From positions 26,660,001 to 26,724,000 of the forward strand of contig NC_043005.1 in NCBI RefSeq assembly GCF_006345805.1: a stretch of DNA of 64,000 bases, read 5' to 3'. A model generated the notes under the pieces. That model was given only the letters and a program-made list of their open reading frames with translations. It was not told the origin of the DNA and did no database searches. Each line of letters starts with the position of its first letter. The first letter of the stretch is position 1. Positions 25,561 through 37,949 of the stretch are shown here, one piece after another. Both the position numbers and the translations under genes were made by a program. Source of the DNA: Octopus sinensis. Taxonomy: Eukaryota.

Positions 25561-26084
25561 TTTTTTTTTTTAGAACTGGTCACTTTCAACCATTTAGGAG
25601 TCTCTCCCTCAACTTCACCACACGACATGTCCGCGTTGTCCAAGGTTGAGAGTTGCTGGTTTGGGATGTTGGGCTTTTGTTTTGTTATTGATCTTTTTAT
25701 TATTGTTTTGGAGTTTTCTGTTGCTGTTTATTGATTCCACAGTTGGTGGTGCTGCATTCTTTTAACTTGAGCTACAATTGCTGTTGCTGCGGTCCACGCT
25801 GTTTCCTGTGTTGTTACTGTCTGTGTTGTAGTTGCTACTTTTGTTGCTGTGGTGTTGATAGTAGTAGAAACCTTCTTTCAGCAGCCACCTTTCTGTTTTT
25901 GCTGTTGTTTTGATGTGGGGCGTTGAGGTGATTAGTGTTTCCACACTTGTTGCATTTAGGTTTTCTACCGTCCACTGCTCTCCTGAGATTCCTATTAGGC
26001 TGGAGGTCCTGTTCAATATATCAGATTTCACCTGGATCAAGATCTCCAACTCCAATACCAAACCACTGGCACTTATTCCATCAA

Positions 26085-26392
26085 CCCCAAAATGATGAAC
26101 AGCAAAGTCGACCGCGGCGGAATTTGAACACGGAACGTAGTAACAAGCGAAATACCTGTTTCTTTACTACCCACAAGGGGCTAAACACAGAGGGGATAAA
26201 CAAGGACAGACAAACGGATTAAGTCGATTATATCGACCCCAGTGCGTAACTGGTACTTATTTAATAGACCCCGAAAGGATGAAAGGCAAAGTCGACCTCG
26301 GCGGAATTTGGACTCGGAACGTAACGGCAGACGAAATACTGCTAAGCATTTCGACCGGCGTGCTAACGTTTCTGCCGCAGCTCGCCACCCGA
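26085..26392 (-). mobile_element. Nested SINE A (long-tail copy within another copy)
   Basis: Same nested architecture on the minus strand; junction aatacc|tgtttctttac at 26151-26156. Confidence 0.8.
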
Positions 26393-26420
26393 ATAATAAT
26401 AATGATAATAATAGTTAATA

Positions 26421-26461
<41 letters not shown>

Positions 26462-26562
26462 AATAATAATAATAATAATAATAATAATGGTTTCAAATTT
26501 TGCCACAAGGGCAGCTTGGGCGAGGCGGGGATGAGTCGATTACATTGACTCCAGTGTTCAAC

Positions 26563-27668
26563 AATCCTTGCTATATTGTCATGGCTTCTCTTATATTCTT
26601 TCTGGGCTAGTGGCGTACAATGACTGGTAACATGCCATACAGTTTCACCATTTTGTTCCACAAATTCTGCACTTATCACTTTCTGATGTGCTTATTCTGT
26701 ATTTAATGTAATTGCTTCTTAGTACTTGCTCTTGGACAGCGCCAGATTAGAGCCTCCATTTCTGGATTTAAATTACTTTTAGTGATCCACGGCCATCTTT
26801 TTTCTCTGTTTGTCTTATATTCAACATCCCTATGAAATTGTTCACGCAATCTTTTCTTTATCCGCCTATTTTCATTCATTCTCAAGTCTTTGTACAGTGC
26901 TTTATCTTCGCTATCTTCCATCCTACACAAGCCTGACCTTCCAATAATAGTGGTTCTGTGACATTTTTTACATACCATGCTATGTTGTTTTCTTCTGCTC
27001 TAATGCGGTGTTCGCATTCATCAGTCCTCTCCACCTCTTTTTCTTGGTACGTACAGTCCGTCTGTGTCACTTTTTGGGTGGAATATCCCATATCTAGTCA
27101 GCAACTTCCTTGTCTTTCTGTCTAAGCTGTTCAGTTCGTCTACTGTCCATGCGATTACCCCTGCTCCATATCTAAGTAGTGAAACCACTTAGGTGTTGAT
27201 AGCTTCAATCTTATTCCGTCCGTTTAATTTCCTATGGGATGTTACGACCGAGAGCGACCATGAGATAGAGAAAAGGAAACCAGACAGTGTTAATTGAGAA
27301 AGAAAGCAAACGATGCTGGATCATAGATATAGCATGCCCAGCTGACAACAAGGTATGCGATAAGAAAGAAAAGTCGATAGATATGACAGGTTGGCTTGGG
27401 AGGTTAAGCAGTTGTGGTTGTTGAAAAAGATGGTAGCAGTACCAATAATTGTCGAAGCCCTGGGAACAGTGAGTAAAAATCTTGAGAAGCACATGGAACA
27501 AATAGGGTTTGCAATATAAGGGTGGCGTTCTTATAGAAAACGGCACTGCTTGGAACCACACGAGTGCACCGGATGGTACTTGAAAAGTAAGGGTTGTTAC
27601 TTTTGTTCATTGGTAGTGACAGCTGACACCGTAGTACATCTTCAGCGTTATAAGCTCTGCAAAGACAA

Positions 27669-27670
<2 letters not shown>
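26563..27670. mobile_element. R4/Dong-like (RLE) LINE fragment with inverted 5' segment
   Basis: 26563-27229 minus strand: LNGRNKIEAINT...RYGAGVIAW...LDRKTRKLL...ETVWHVTSHCTPLAQKEYKRSHDNIARI; 27230-27670 plus strand: LWDV...RKPD...IIDIACPAD...VPIIVEALG then 3' UTR ending at (AAT)n. Confidence 0.85.
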
Positions 27671-27713
<43 letters not shown>

Positions 27714-27805
27714 TAATAATAATAATAATATAATGTTTCAAATTTTGCCACAGGCAGCTTGGGCGAGGCGGGGATGAGTCGATTACATTGACTCCAGTGT
27801 TCAAC

Positions 27806-28902
27806 AATCCTTGCTATATTGTATGGCTTCTCTTATATTCTTTCTGGGCTAGTGGCGATACAATGACTGGTAACATGCCATACAGTTTCACCATTTTGTT
27901 CCACAAATTCTGCACTTATCACTTTCTGATGTGCTTATTCTGTATTTAATGTAATTGCTTCTTAGTACTTGCTCTTGGACAGCGCCAGATTAGAGCCTCC
28001 ATTTCTGGATTTAAATTACTTTTAGTGATCCACGGCCATCTTTTTTCTCTGTTTGTCTTATATTCAACATCCCTATGAAATTGTTCACGCAATCTTTTCT
28101 TTATCCGCCTATTTTCATTCATTCTCAAGTCTTTGTACAGTTTATCTTCGCTATCTTCCACCTACACAAGCCTGACCTTCCAATAATAGTGGTTCGTGAA
28201 TTTTTTACATACCATGCTATGTTGTTTTCTTCTGCTCTAATGCGGTGTCGCATTCATCAGTCCTCTCCACCTCTTTTTCTTGGTACGTACAGTCCGTCTG
28301 TGTCATTTTTTGGGTGGAATATCCCATATCTAGTCAGCAACTTCCTTGTCTTTCTGTCTAAGCTGTTCAGTTCGTCTACTATCCATGCAGATTACCCCTG
28401 TCCATATCTAAGTAGTGAAACCACTTAGGTGTTGATAGCTTCAATCTTATTCCGTCCGTTTAATTTCCTATGGGATGTTACGACCGAGAGCGACACATGA
28501 GATAGAGAAAAGAAACCAGACAGTGTTAATGAGAAAGAAAGCAACGATGCTGGATCATAGATATAGCATGCCCAGCTGACAACAAGGTAATGCGATAAGG
28601 AAAGAAAAGTCGATAGATATGACAGGTTGCTTGGGAGGTTAAGCAGTTGTGGTTGTTGAAAAAGATGGTAGCAGTACCAATAATTGTCGAAGCCCTGGGA
28701 ACAGTGAGTAAAATCTTGAGAAGCACATGGAAACAAATAGGGTTGCAATATAAGGGTGGCGTTTTATAGAAAACGGCACTGCTTGGAACCACACGAGTGC
28801 ACCGGATGGTACTTGAAAAGTAAGGGTTGTTACTTTTGTTCATTGGTAGTGAACAGCTGACACCGTAGTACATCTTCAGCGTTATAAGCTCTGCAAAGAC
28901 AA

Positions 28903-28904
<2 letters not shown>
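27806..28904. mobile_element. Tandem second copy of the inverted R4/Dong-like fragment
   Basis: Near-identical to 26563-27670 at ~1245-bp offset; differences are mostly 1-2 bp indels. Confidence 0.85.
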
Positions 28905-28970
<66 letters not shown>

Positions 28971-28971
<1 letters not shown>

Positions 28972-29056
28972 AAGAAGAAGAAGAAGAAGAAGAAGAAGAA
29001 GAAGAGAAGAAGAAGAAGAAGAAGAAGAAGAAGAAGAAGAAGAAGAAGAAGAAGAA
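28971..29056. repeat. (GAA)n microsatellite
   Basis: Direct reading. Confidence 0.95.
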
Positions 29057-29057
29057 T

Positions 29058-29438
29058 CCTTTTTACTAGAAATTTTTGGGGAAGGGATTAAGTCGATTTA
29101 CATCAACCCCAGTGCGTAAATGGTATTAATTTTATTGGGCCCGAAAGGATGAAAGGCAAAGTCGACCTCGGCGGAATTTGAACTCAGAACGTAGCGACAG
29201 ACGCATTACCTATTTCTTTACTACACACAAGGGGCTAAACACAGAGAGGACAAACAAGGACAGACAAACGGATCAAGTCGATTATATCGACCCCAGTGCG
29301 TAACTGGTACTTATTTAATCGACCCCGAAAGGATGAAAGGCAAAGTCGACCTCGACGGAATTTGAACTCAGAACGTAACTGCAGACGCATTACCGGTAAG
29401 CATTTCGCCCCGCGTGCTAACGCTTCTGCTAGCTCGCC
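29058..29438 (-). mobile_element. Nested SINE A with 13-bp duplicated host sequence
   Basis: cagacgcattacc at 29198-29210 and 29382-29394 flanks the long-tail insert. Confidence 0.85.
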
Positions 29439-29453
29439 TCTCTCATAAATAAA

Positions 29454-29519
<66 letters not shown>

Positions 29520-29530
29520 TAATAATAAAT

Positions 29531-30195
29531 AACAAGTAACTGCAGAATATGTGGAGATGGACAAGAAACAATAAATCATATTATCTCTAGGCCCAGTCCT
29601 GGCTAAGAAGGAATATCTTCACAGACATTACAGATTGGAACCTACATACATTGGAAGCTATGCCAACATTATGGAATAACAACAGAAAAAGATGGTTATA
29701 GGCACACACAGAAAAGGTAACAGAAAACGAGAAAGCCACCATACTCTGGGATATGCCGATACACACGATAGAGAAATTAAAGCAACACGACCAGATATAG
29801 TTGTCAGAGATCATGAAGAAAAAAATGCTTTCTAATTGATGTATCAATACGGCAGATGACAACGTGTCTCTAAAAGAAATGGAGAAACTCTCAAAATACA
29901 AAGACCTGGAAATAGAGGTAACTAGAATGTGGAATCTGAAAACAGAAACAATTCCTATCATAGTAGGTGCATTAGGCATGATAAAAATATTCCGACAATA
30001 CATAACAAAAACACCAGGACTTACAACACATATAACATACAAAAATTGCACTACTAGGCACTGCACACATCCTACGCAGAACACTTTCCATACAATAACC
30101 ATCAGAGCATCACAACAAATCACAGCACATACCCAAGGCACACAGAGCTGCGCTCGGTAGTGAAGTGAAAGCACGCTATAAAAATAAAACTACTG
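29531..30195 (+). mobile_element. 5'-truncated R4/Dong-like (RLE) LINE inside an (AAT)n tract
   Basis: CRICGDGQETINHII (CCHC knuckle start), RPDIVV...LIDVS, KEMEKLSKYKDLEIEVTRMW...PIIVGALG (RLE PD..D..K region); (AAT)n on both sides. Confidence 0.9.
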
Positions 30196-30220
30196 AATAA
30201 TAATAATAATAATAATAATG

Positions 30221-30254
<34 letters not shown>

Positions 30255-30267
30255 TAATAATAATAAC

Positions 30268-30440
30268 GGCTTTTAATTTTGGCACAAATCCAGTAATTTT
30301 AGTGGGAGGGTACTTTATTTTATTGGTGCCGAAAAGATGAAAAGTCAGGTTGACCATGGCGGAATTTGAATTCAAAATGGAAAACAGGCAGAAGAAATGC
30401 TGCAAAGCATTTTTGTCCGACAGCGCTGACGATTTTAATC
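30268..30440 (-). mobile_element. Degenerate SINE family A
   Basis: ttttggcacaaa...gggtactttatttt...gatgaaaagtcaggttgaccatggcggaatttgaattca. Confidence 0.55.
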
Positions 30441-30759
30441 GATCTACAGATTTGAAGGGCGTTAAAAATATCCTCCTATCTCTGCTTGCGACCAACTCCA
30501 ACACCAAAACCACCACCAACAATTTCGTTATTGATACGTTGTTATCAGAAAACAATCATACACGCACACACACGAAAGAGAAAAAAAAAAACCCGGCTTT
30601 GATCGATTTTCTTGTTTGCTGGTTGGTCTGCCTGTCTCTGTGTTTCTGCCTTTGTTTATTTTTAAATGTCTGCTTAATTTAGTTTAAATCACACTCGTCA
30701 CGTTTTACTCTGAAGTTTCACACGCGCGCACATAAACACAATGTATATATCTTAAATCA

Positions 30760-31315
30760 TTCATTATATATACATGTGGATGTGTGTGTATGTGTGTTTG
30801 TATGTGTGTGTGTATGTGTGTATGTGCGTATGCGCGTGCACGCGTGAGTGTTTGTGTGCGTGTGTGTGTTTGTGTGTGTGTGTGTATGTCTGTGTATGTG
30901 CGTGTGTGTGTTTGTGTGTGTATGTGGCTCATGTATGTGTGTTTGTGTGTGTGTTTGTGCGCGCGCGTGTATGTGTGTATGTGCATGTATGTGTAAGTGT
31001 GTTTGTGTGCGTATGTGTGTGTGTGTTTGTGTATGTGTGTGTACGTATGTTTCTGCGTGCGTGCGCATGTGTGTGTGTATGTATGTGTGTGTGTTTGTGT
31101 GTGCGTATGTGTGTGTATGTTCATATACGTGTGTGTGTGTTTGTGCGCGCGCGTATGTGTTTGTGCGTGTAAGTGCGTATGTGTATGTGGTGCATGTGTG
31201 TGTGTTTTGTGTATGTGTTTGTGTGTGTGTGTTTGTGTGTGTATGTGTTTGTGTGTGTGTATGTGACGCGTGTGTATATGGCGCGCGCGCGCGTGTGTGT
31301 CTGTGTGTGTGTGTC
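30760..31315. repeat. Degenerate (TG)n/(TGTA)n/(CG)n tract
   Basis: Direct reading; source of several spurious C/V-rich and H/T-rich ORFs. Confidence 0.9.
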
Positions 31316-31615
31316 TTTCAGATTAAGCAAAACAGTGAAGTAGTGATTTCCCATAAAAGTGTGTGGATGTCTGTTACACACTGATCTATGCAGATTGGAG
31401 CTTGGTGGCGACTCGCTGTCTTCTGATGTTGCAAAGGTTCGTGTCGTGTCGAAAGTTAAAAGTTATTCCCGCTTTTTTTCTTGTTATTACACTGAAGAGC
31501 TCCGATGTTTACCCCCCCCCCCCCACCACCAACAGCCCGAACTGTGAAAATGGCGGAAGAGATTAAAGAATATGGGCCGACGGCAAACTTTAAGGACGTT
31601 CCAGAGAAAATGTCT

Positions 31616-31813
31616 GTCCCACTGCGTGGCATCTTAGGCAAGTGTCTTCTGCTATAGCCTCGGGCCGACCAAAGCCTTGTGAGTGGATTTGGTAGACGGA
31701 AACTGAAAGAAGCCTGTCGTATATATGTACATATATATGAGCGCCTAATAATAATAATACTGTAATTGTTCCACGTGTTGTTGTTTTTTCTGTTTTCCCG
31801 TTTGGATTAACCT

Positions 31814-31850
<37 letters not shown>

Positions 31851-32078
31851 ATATGTTTGTATGTCTGTGTTTGTCCCTCTAGCATTGCTTGATAACCGAT
31901 ACTGGTGTGTTTACGTCCCCGTCAATTAGCGGTTCGGCAAATAGACCAATAGAATAAGTACTGGGCTTACAAAGAATAAGTCCCGGGGTCGATTTGCTCG
32001 ACTAAAGGCGGTGCTCCAGCATGGCCGCAGTCAAATGACTGAAACAAGTAAAAGAGTAAAAGAGTAAAAGAGAGAGTA
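31616..32078 (+). mobile_element. 5'-truncated SINE family B
   Basis: Starts at gtcccactgcgtggc; core and (GTAAAAGA)n tail present; foreign insert in the TA tract near 31740-31810. Confidence 0.88.
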
Positions 32079-32574
32079 ACGGTTAAGTATCATTACAATG
32101 AACAAGTCCTGGTGCAGTTCCCCGCCTTTTTGTAGAAGCTGTCTTAAGGAAAAGCATGCAGCCAGGTATACTTATAACAATATGGAAGGGTGCTTGTATT
32201 ATAAAAAAAAAACAAACAAAAAGAAAACAAGGGAGGCAAGTATGTTAGGTCCAAATGGGAGAGATTATAATACTTCTATGCATTGCTATGAGGTTCTGAC
32301 AAAGGTTAAACCCAAACGACCGATCTAATGAATTTTAGAAAAGGCCATATAAAAATCAGAGTGCGGGTTTCAGCGGGAGAAGAGGCTAAGTCTTCTGCAG
32401 AGATAACCACTCTCCTTCTATGAGTTCTCTGACGATTTGTTTTCCGACCCAGGAGATTTTGATGACCGTAATAACTTGGTGAAAACTGGTGGCTCCTGAA
32501 GGCAGTGAATGATTAAGATATTTCACAAAATTCCCATTTGATAGACGATTCTGCTACTTTTGGTTCGTTTAGAA

Positions 32575-32717
32575 CAGTCATAGGTAAACCACGGCCCGCA
32601 TGTGGCTCGTAAGATTTTCTAAATGACGTTTATTTGAATGTATTTAGTAGTGCGGCCCGTAGAATGATGAGCCACGTCTCTTGCGGCCGGAATCTAGAAA
32701 AATGTTGCCCGTGTTTG
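32575..32717. mobile_element. Probable decayed hAT (Charlie-like) MITE
   Basis: Left cagtcataggtaaaccacggcccgc, right aaaaatgttgcccgtgtttg; similar flanking 8-mers gtttagaa / atttagat. Confidence 0.4.
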
Positions 32718-32732
32718 ATTTAGATGACGGAA

Positions 32733-33151
32733 GGCGCAGGAGTGGCTGTGTGGTAAGTAGCTTGCCTACCAACCACATGGTTCTGGGTTCAGTCCCACTG
32801 CGTGGCACCTTGGGCAAGTGTCTTCTACTATAGCCTCGGGCCGACCAATGCCTTGTGAGTGGATTTGGTAGACGGAAACTGAAAGAAGCCTGTCGTATAT
32901 ATGTATATATGTGTATGTATATGTTTGTGTGTATGTGTTTGTCCCCCCACCATCGCTTGACAACCGATGTTGGTGTGTTTACGTCCCCGTAACTTAGCGG
33001 TTCGGCAAAAGAGACCGATAGAATAAGTACTGGGCTTACAAAGAATAAGTCCCGGGATCGATTTGCTCGACTAAAGGCGGTGCTCCAGCATGGCCGCAGT
33101 CAAATGACTGAAACAAGTAAAAGAGTAAAAGAGTAAAAGAGTAAAAGAGTA
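32733..33151 (+). mobile_element. SINE family B, full length, low divergence
   Basis: Complete head-core-tail with four GTAAAAGA-type tail units. Confidence 0.93.
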
Positions 33152-34305
33152 AGTGTTCTCTGTAGCGTGCCAACTATCTTAGAGTGCTCTCTCATTGCGT
33201 CAAAAGAGCTGATTGGTGCCATGGAACAATACCTATGGCTATAGAATGTCTTTATAGCATTATAAGAATTGTAACACGATGGCTGATTGCATGTATTTTG
33301 AATCCTTGTGCGTTTACGGTTTCGGTCGATTTTTCAGGTACACACCCACATATGTATATGAACATGTACATACATACGTACTTACATACATACGTATATA
33401 TGTGCTTGCGTGTGTGTGCATACATACATATATATATATATAAATATATAATATAAATGATATATAAGTATATGCATATATACATACATATATGCACATA
33501 CCTACATCTATATGTATATATACATGCATATATGGGTACAGGACGTCGAAAAAACGTGAACAAAATGAGAAACAAGAATATAAAAAAAAAACAGAGAACG
33601 AACTTTTTTTTCGATCAACAAAAGAAACAAATAGAGAAAAGGGACAGGCAGCATAAAGAACAATCCCTTCATCAGTTGTCCCCCTGTTTTATCTACGCCG
33701 CACACTGCACAAATTATTCAGAGACAAATACCCGCATACCAACGTATTGATCCCAAATAAATCGAAACTCATTTATTTAATTGATCGAATGAGAAAGCTT
33801 TATTATATCAAAAACCGTGATTCTTTCAACCAATATCGTTAGTTCGATAACATCTATTGAGCAAAGAACAGCAGAAGTATTCAGATAAAAAAAAAACAAA
33901 AAAAAAAAATATACACGCACACACACACATACACACAGTTACACACACACACACATGCGTATTATAATACATGAACACTTATACACACACACACGTTATT
34001 ATATATAGATATATATAATATATATATATATATAATATAGATATATATAATAGATATTACCCACACATACATACACATATATACACACATAAGTATACAT
34101 ACATGTGCGCGCACACTACTACGCATTTTGTATAAAATAACCATTGCCACAGCTTTAGCTGCGATTACATGGAATAATCACTTGTATTGAATATATTCCT
34201 CCTTTCTAAATTCAAACGCGTGTATTATATATTCAGTATACATCTGTGTGTTGGTGCCTGAGTGTGGGATGTATATCAGTGTAAATTCATATATATATAT
34301 ATATA

Positions 34306-34338
<33 letters not shown>

Positions 34339-34438
34339 NNNNNNNNNNNNNNNNNNNNNNNNNNNNNNNNNNNNNNNNNNNNNNNNNNNNNNNNNNNNNN
34401 NNNNNNNNNNNNNNNNNNNNNNNNNNNNNNNNNNNNNN
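34339..34438. other. Assembly gap (100 N) flanked by (TG)n
   Basis: Exactly 100 N, the usual placeholder for unknown gap size. Confidence 0.98.
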
Positions 34439-35912
34439 GTGTGTCTGAGCATGTGTGAGGGAATGTGTGTGTGTGTGTGTGTACGTTTGTGCGCGTATGT
34501 ATTTCAAAAGTAGTTTTCTCTATAGATTATAATCGGCTCGTAAATCACCTAGTGAACGTGTCAAATAATGAAATTCTTTTGTAGTTGCCGTGATGGTAGG
34601 AATGATATTTGTAGAGCTATGAGTCATAGTAAGGACGAGGCGTAAGAGGCGCGGCGGGAGAACTGTTAGTAAAATGGGTGTCGGTGTCTCTTATTTATGA
34701 TATCGTTTTTGTGGTGTCATCAAATCTTTTGGTACCAAAGGCTGTGTGTCATAGGTAACTGACAAGCAATTGTTTGATACACACACACACACACACACAC
34801 ACACATAAATATATGTATATAAATGTATATGAATATATACATGTCTGTGTGTGCGTGTGTGTATATATGTAAAAATATATAAACATATATCTAAATTATG
34901 TTTGCATATATATAGAGAGAGAGAGAGATGTATGCATGTATGTACGTATGTAACCAGTCATTGAGCGATACTTTCCGAGAGGATACGCCAACTCTATGAA
35001 CTTGCTGGAAGTATTAATAATTTCGTCATGCACCATGGATCCAGAGATGATAAAGTAGCCATAGATCTGTGAAACTATCTTGATTAGGCTGAGTAGTATA
35101 GTTTAAATTTCAGAAAAAAGGGGAAAAGGTGGTGGAATATAAATTAAACTGACAATTTAGGCAAAACTTAGAGAAAAAAAATCACCATTAAAAATGTTTA
35201 GAAGCGGTTCTAAGATTTTCTTATATTAGGAAAAAAAATGGGAGATTCCCCCACCCCAAAAGAGAATGATATTGAGGCTACTGCTGAGAAAATATATGAG
35301 GAAATAAATGAATAAAGACGGTGTCAATAATAGTTTGTTTAAACCAGAATTAGTATTTATAACCAAAAGCTTCGCAGGTACTTGTAGAAGTGGCGGTATT
35401 TCGTAAAAGGCTCTGGTTTTGCGTATAAAAAATTACCAGGCTTCTTATTTACGATTAGCCTTACACGTTTTTTGTTCTATTAATACATATTTTCAGAAAC
35501 ATACATACATGCTCATGCTTACTTTACACACGAGCACACCCATACGAACTGACACTTACACACACACACACACACACACACACACCACACACACACACAC
35601 ACAAACACACACACTCACACACACTTACACACACATACACATACACATACATAGACACATACACAAACGCACTTAAACACACACACCCCACAAAAAAATT
35701 CAGTGTTGTATTTGTCAAGTAACCGTGTTTATCTGAGACCTTGTGTTGAAGCTAAAACGATTCCACCCTTCAAGAGCAATTTACGTCATTTAACAACACA
35801 CAAAAACGCTATTAAGTATACTTTAGGCTCGTTGTACAACTGCATCGTGGCCAGGGACAGTTCGATGTAGCTTCTAGCCTTTACACATTCTGGTAATATT
35901 TTAGCACAGGAA

Positions 35913-36130
35913 GGCGGCGAGCTGGCAGAAACGTTACCACGCCGAGCGAAATGCTTAGCGATATTTCGTCTGTCTTTACATTCTGAGTTCAAATTCCGCC
36001 CCGGTCGACTTTGCCTTTTATCGATTCGGGGTCGATAAATTAAGTACCAGTTGCGCACTGGGGTCGATCTAATCGACTGGCTCCCTTCCCAAAAATTTCG
36101 GGCCTTGTGCCTAGAGTAGAAAAGAATATT
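35913..36130 (+). mobile_element. SINE family A, short-tail type
   Basis: ggcggcgagctggcagaaacg...gagttcaaattcc...cgggccttgtgcctagagtagaaaagaatatt. Confidence 0.9.
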
Positions 36131-36417
36131 TTCTATATGTAAGGCGGCGAGCTGTTTCGGTATATAACTTGAGTCTAAAGAATATCTCCAGAGGTTGGTC
36201 AGAGGCACTGCAAGTTGGTGTCTACATTCCTTCAGGAGACTAGCAAGGAATCTCTCAGAACCTACAGCAGAATAGTATTTGACCTCATTTGTTGCTGCTA
36301 TGATGTCTGACGCAGTGAAGGTTATGTCCGAGATTTTATGCTGGAAATCAACTTCGTTAGCTTCTCTTATGTCAATATCAGTGGGATCATCGGAGGGTTG
36401 AACCTAGAAGTTTTCCA

Positions 36418-36478
<61 letters not shown>

Positions 36479-36594
36479 AATGATCACGTGACCGACCAGA
36501 CCATCAGATGTTGTTACACATCGCTGGTCACAATGCGTTCGCATTGTTTTAGCCTTCGAATGACGCCACCCCGTGTGTGTGTGTATTATATATA

Positions 36595-36787
36595 CAGGGT
36601 GCCCCAAAAGTCGCGCACCATTCTGGTTTTCATAAAAAATTATTAAAGCATTTTATTTTATTATATTTTTTCTGCATGTTTTATTGTAGAGGGTGCTCAA
36701 TTTCAGCATTTGTTACCATTAATTTCGAAATCAATAAGGGTGTATTCTTTTAAAAAAACCAGGGTGGTGCGCGACTTCTGGGACACC

Positions 36788-36790
<3 letters not shown>
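36595..36790. mobile_element. Tc1/mariner-type MITE (~196 bp)
   Basis: TIRs cagggtgccccaaaagtcgcgcacca / tggtgcgcgacttctgggacacccct, TA on both sides. Confidence 0.8.
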
Positions 36791-36825
<35 letters not shown>

Positions 36826-37068
36826 ATATATATATATATATATTATATATATTATATATGTGTGTGTGTGTGTGTGTGTGTATATAGGAGATGTACTCGC
36901 ATAGCAAGTGATTTGATCTGAGATCGTGTGCTGAAACGAAAGCAATTGCAGCGTGGAAGGTGTTTGTAAGCCATTTAAAAAACACACAAAAGACGTTCGA
37001 TTCACCGGCTTTTGTGTGTTTCTTAAATGGCTTACAAACACCTTCCACGCTGCAATTATATATATATA

Positions 37069-37107
<39 letters not shown>

Positions 37108-37799
37108 GCAATAAGGGTGGAATATAATTAATTTAATAAAATTAATCAATTTCACCTAGTAGATTTATCGGTATGGAAAAGACCATATTTGGTAAGGGTT
37201 ATAATAATTATAATTAAGGGTTAATTGCAACGAGTTGCTCAAAACCACATACCGAAAATATTAGAAATAGCAGCCAAAATTGATCAATATTTCCTCTACT
37301 AATAAAAAGTCTCCACAAACAAACAGAATTTGTAAGCTGCATATGGCAAAAAAGGCAGAAAATAACGAAATCCCATATGCCACCGCTACCACCACCATCA
37401 CTACTGCGACCAGCACTACCATCACCGTCAACCCCGCCACAACCACCGCCGCCACCACAAGCCCCCCCTCCTACTAGACAAATAGCGGTACTAATACATT
37501 TTTATTATCTCGTTAAAGTCTCGACGTTATACTTAATACAAGATTTATGGTCCACTTCGATTGGTTTGTTTAGTTGAAAGAATAGTTTGGTGATGGTGGT
37601 GGTAGTGTTAGTGTTGGGGTGGTTGTGGTGGTGGGTGATGGCAGTGTTGATAGCAGTAGTGGTGATGGTAGTGTTGATAGCAGTAGTGGTGATAGCTGCT
37701 AGTGGAAAATGTGGTGGTGGTGGTCGTCGTCAAACGAAAGGACGGGAGTTGATTGTGGTGGGTAGTGGGCCAGACACACACATATAAATACAAACACAA

Positions 37800-37837
<38 letters not shown>

Positions 37838-37949
37838 ACACACACACACACACACTCACATACTCACTGTGATACTTAAATAATCATAAAGGTGAGCTGC
37901 CTCTGAATAACAACCTGCGTCATTATGAGTCACGATAAAAAAAACATTG

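Noticed and set aside
25900-26060. KCNKCGNTNH zinc-knuckle-like peptide (possible LINE ORF1 relic)
   Set aside because: Final Cys missing and a stop upstream; suggestive but not supportable.
31312-31440. Possible exon after the TG tract (tttcag ... aag|gttcgt)
   Set aside because: Stops in all frames from the first acceptor; the shorter alternative gives no recognisable peptide.
34339-34438. Inferring continuity or distances across the N run
   Set aside because: Gap of unknown size; the two sides may not be closely adjacent.
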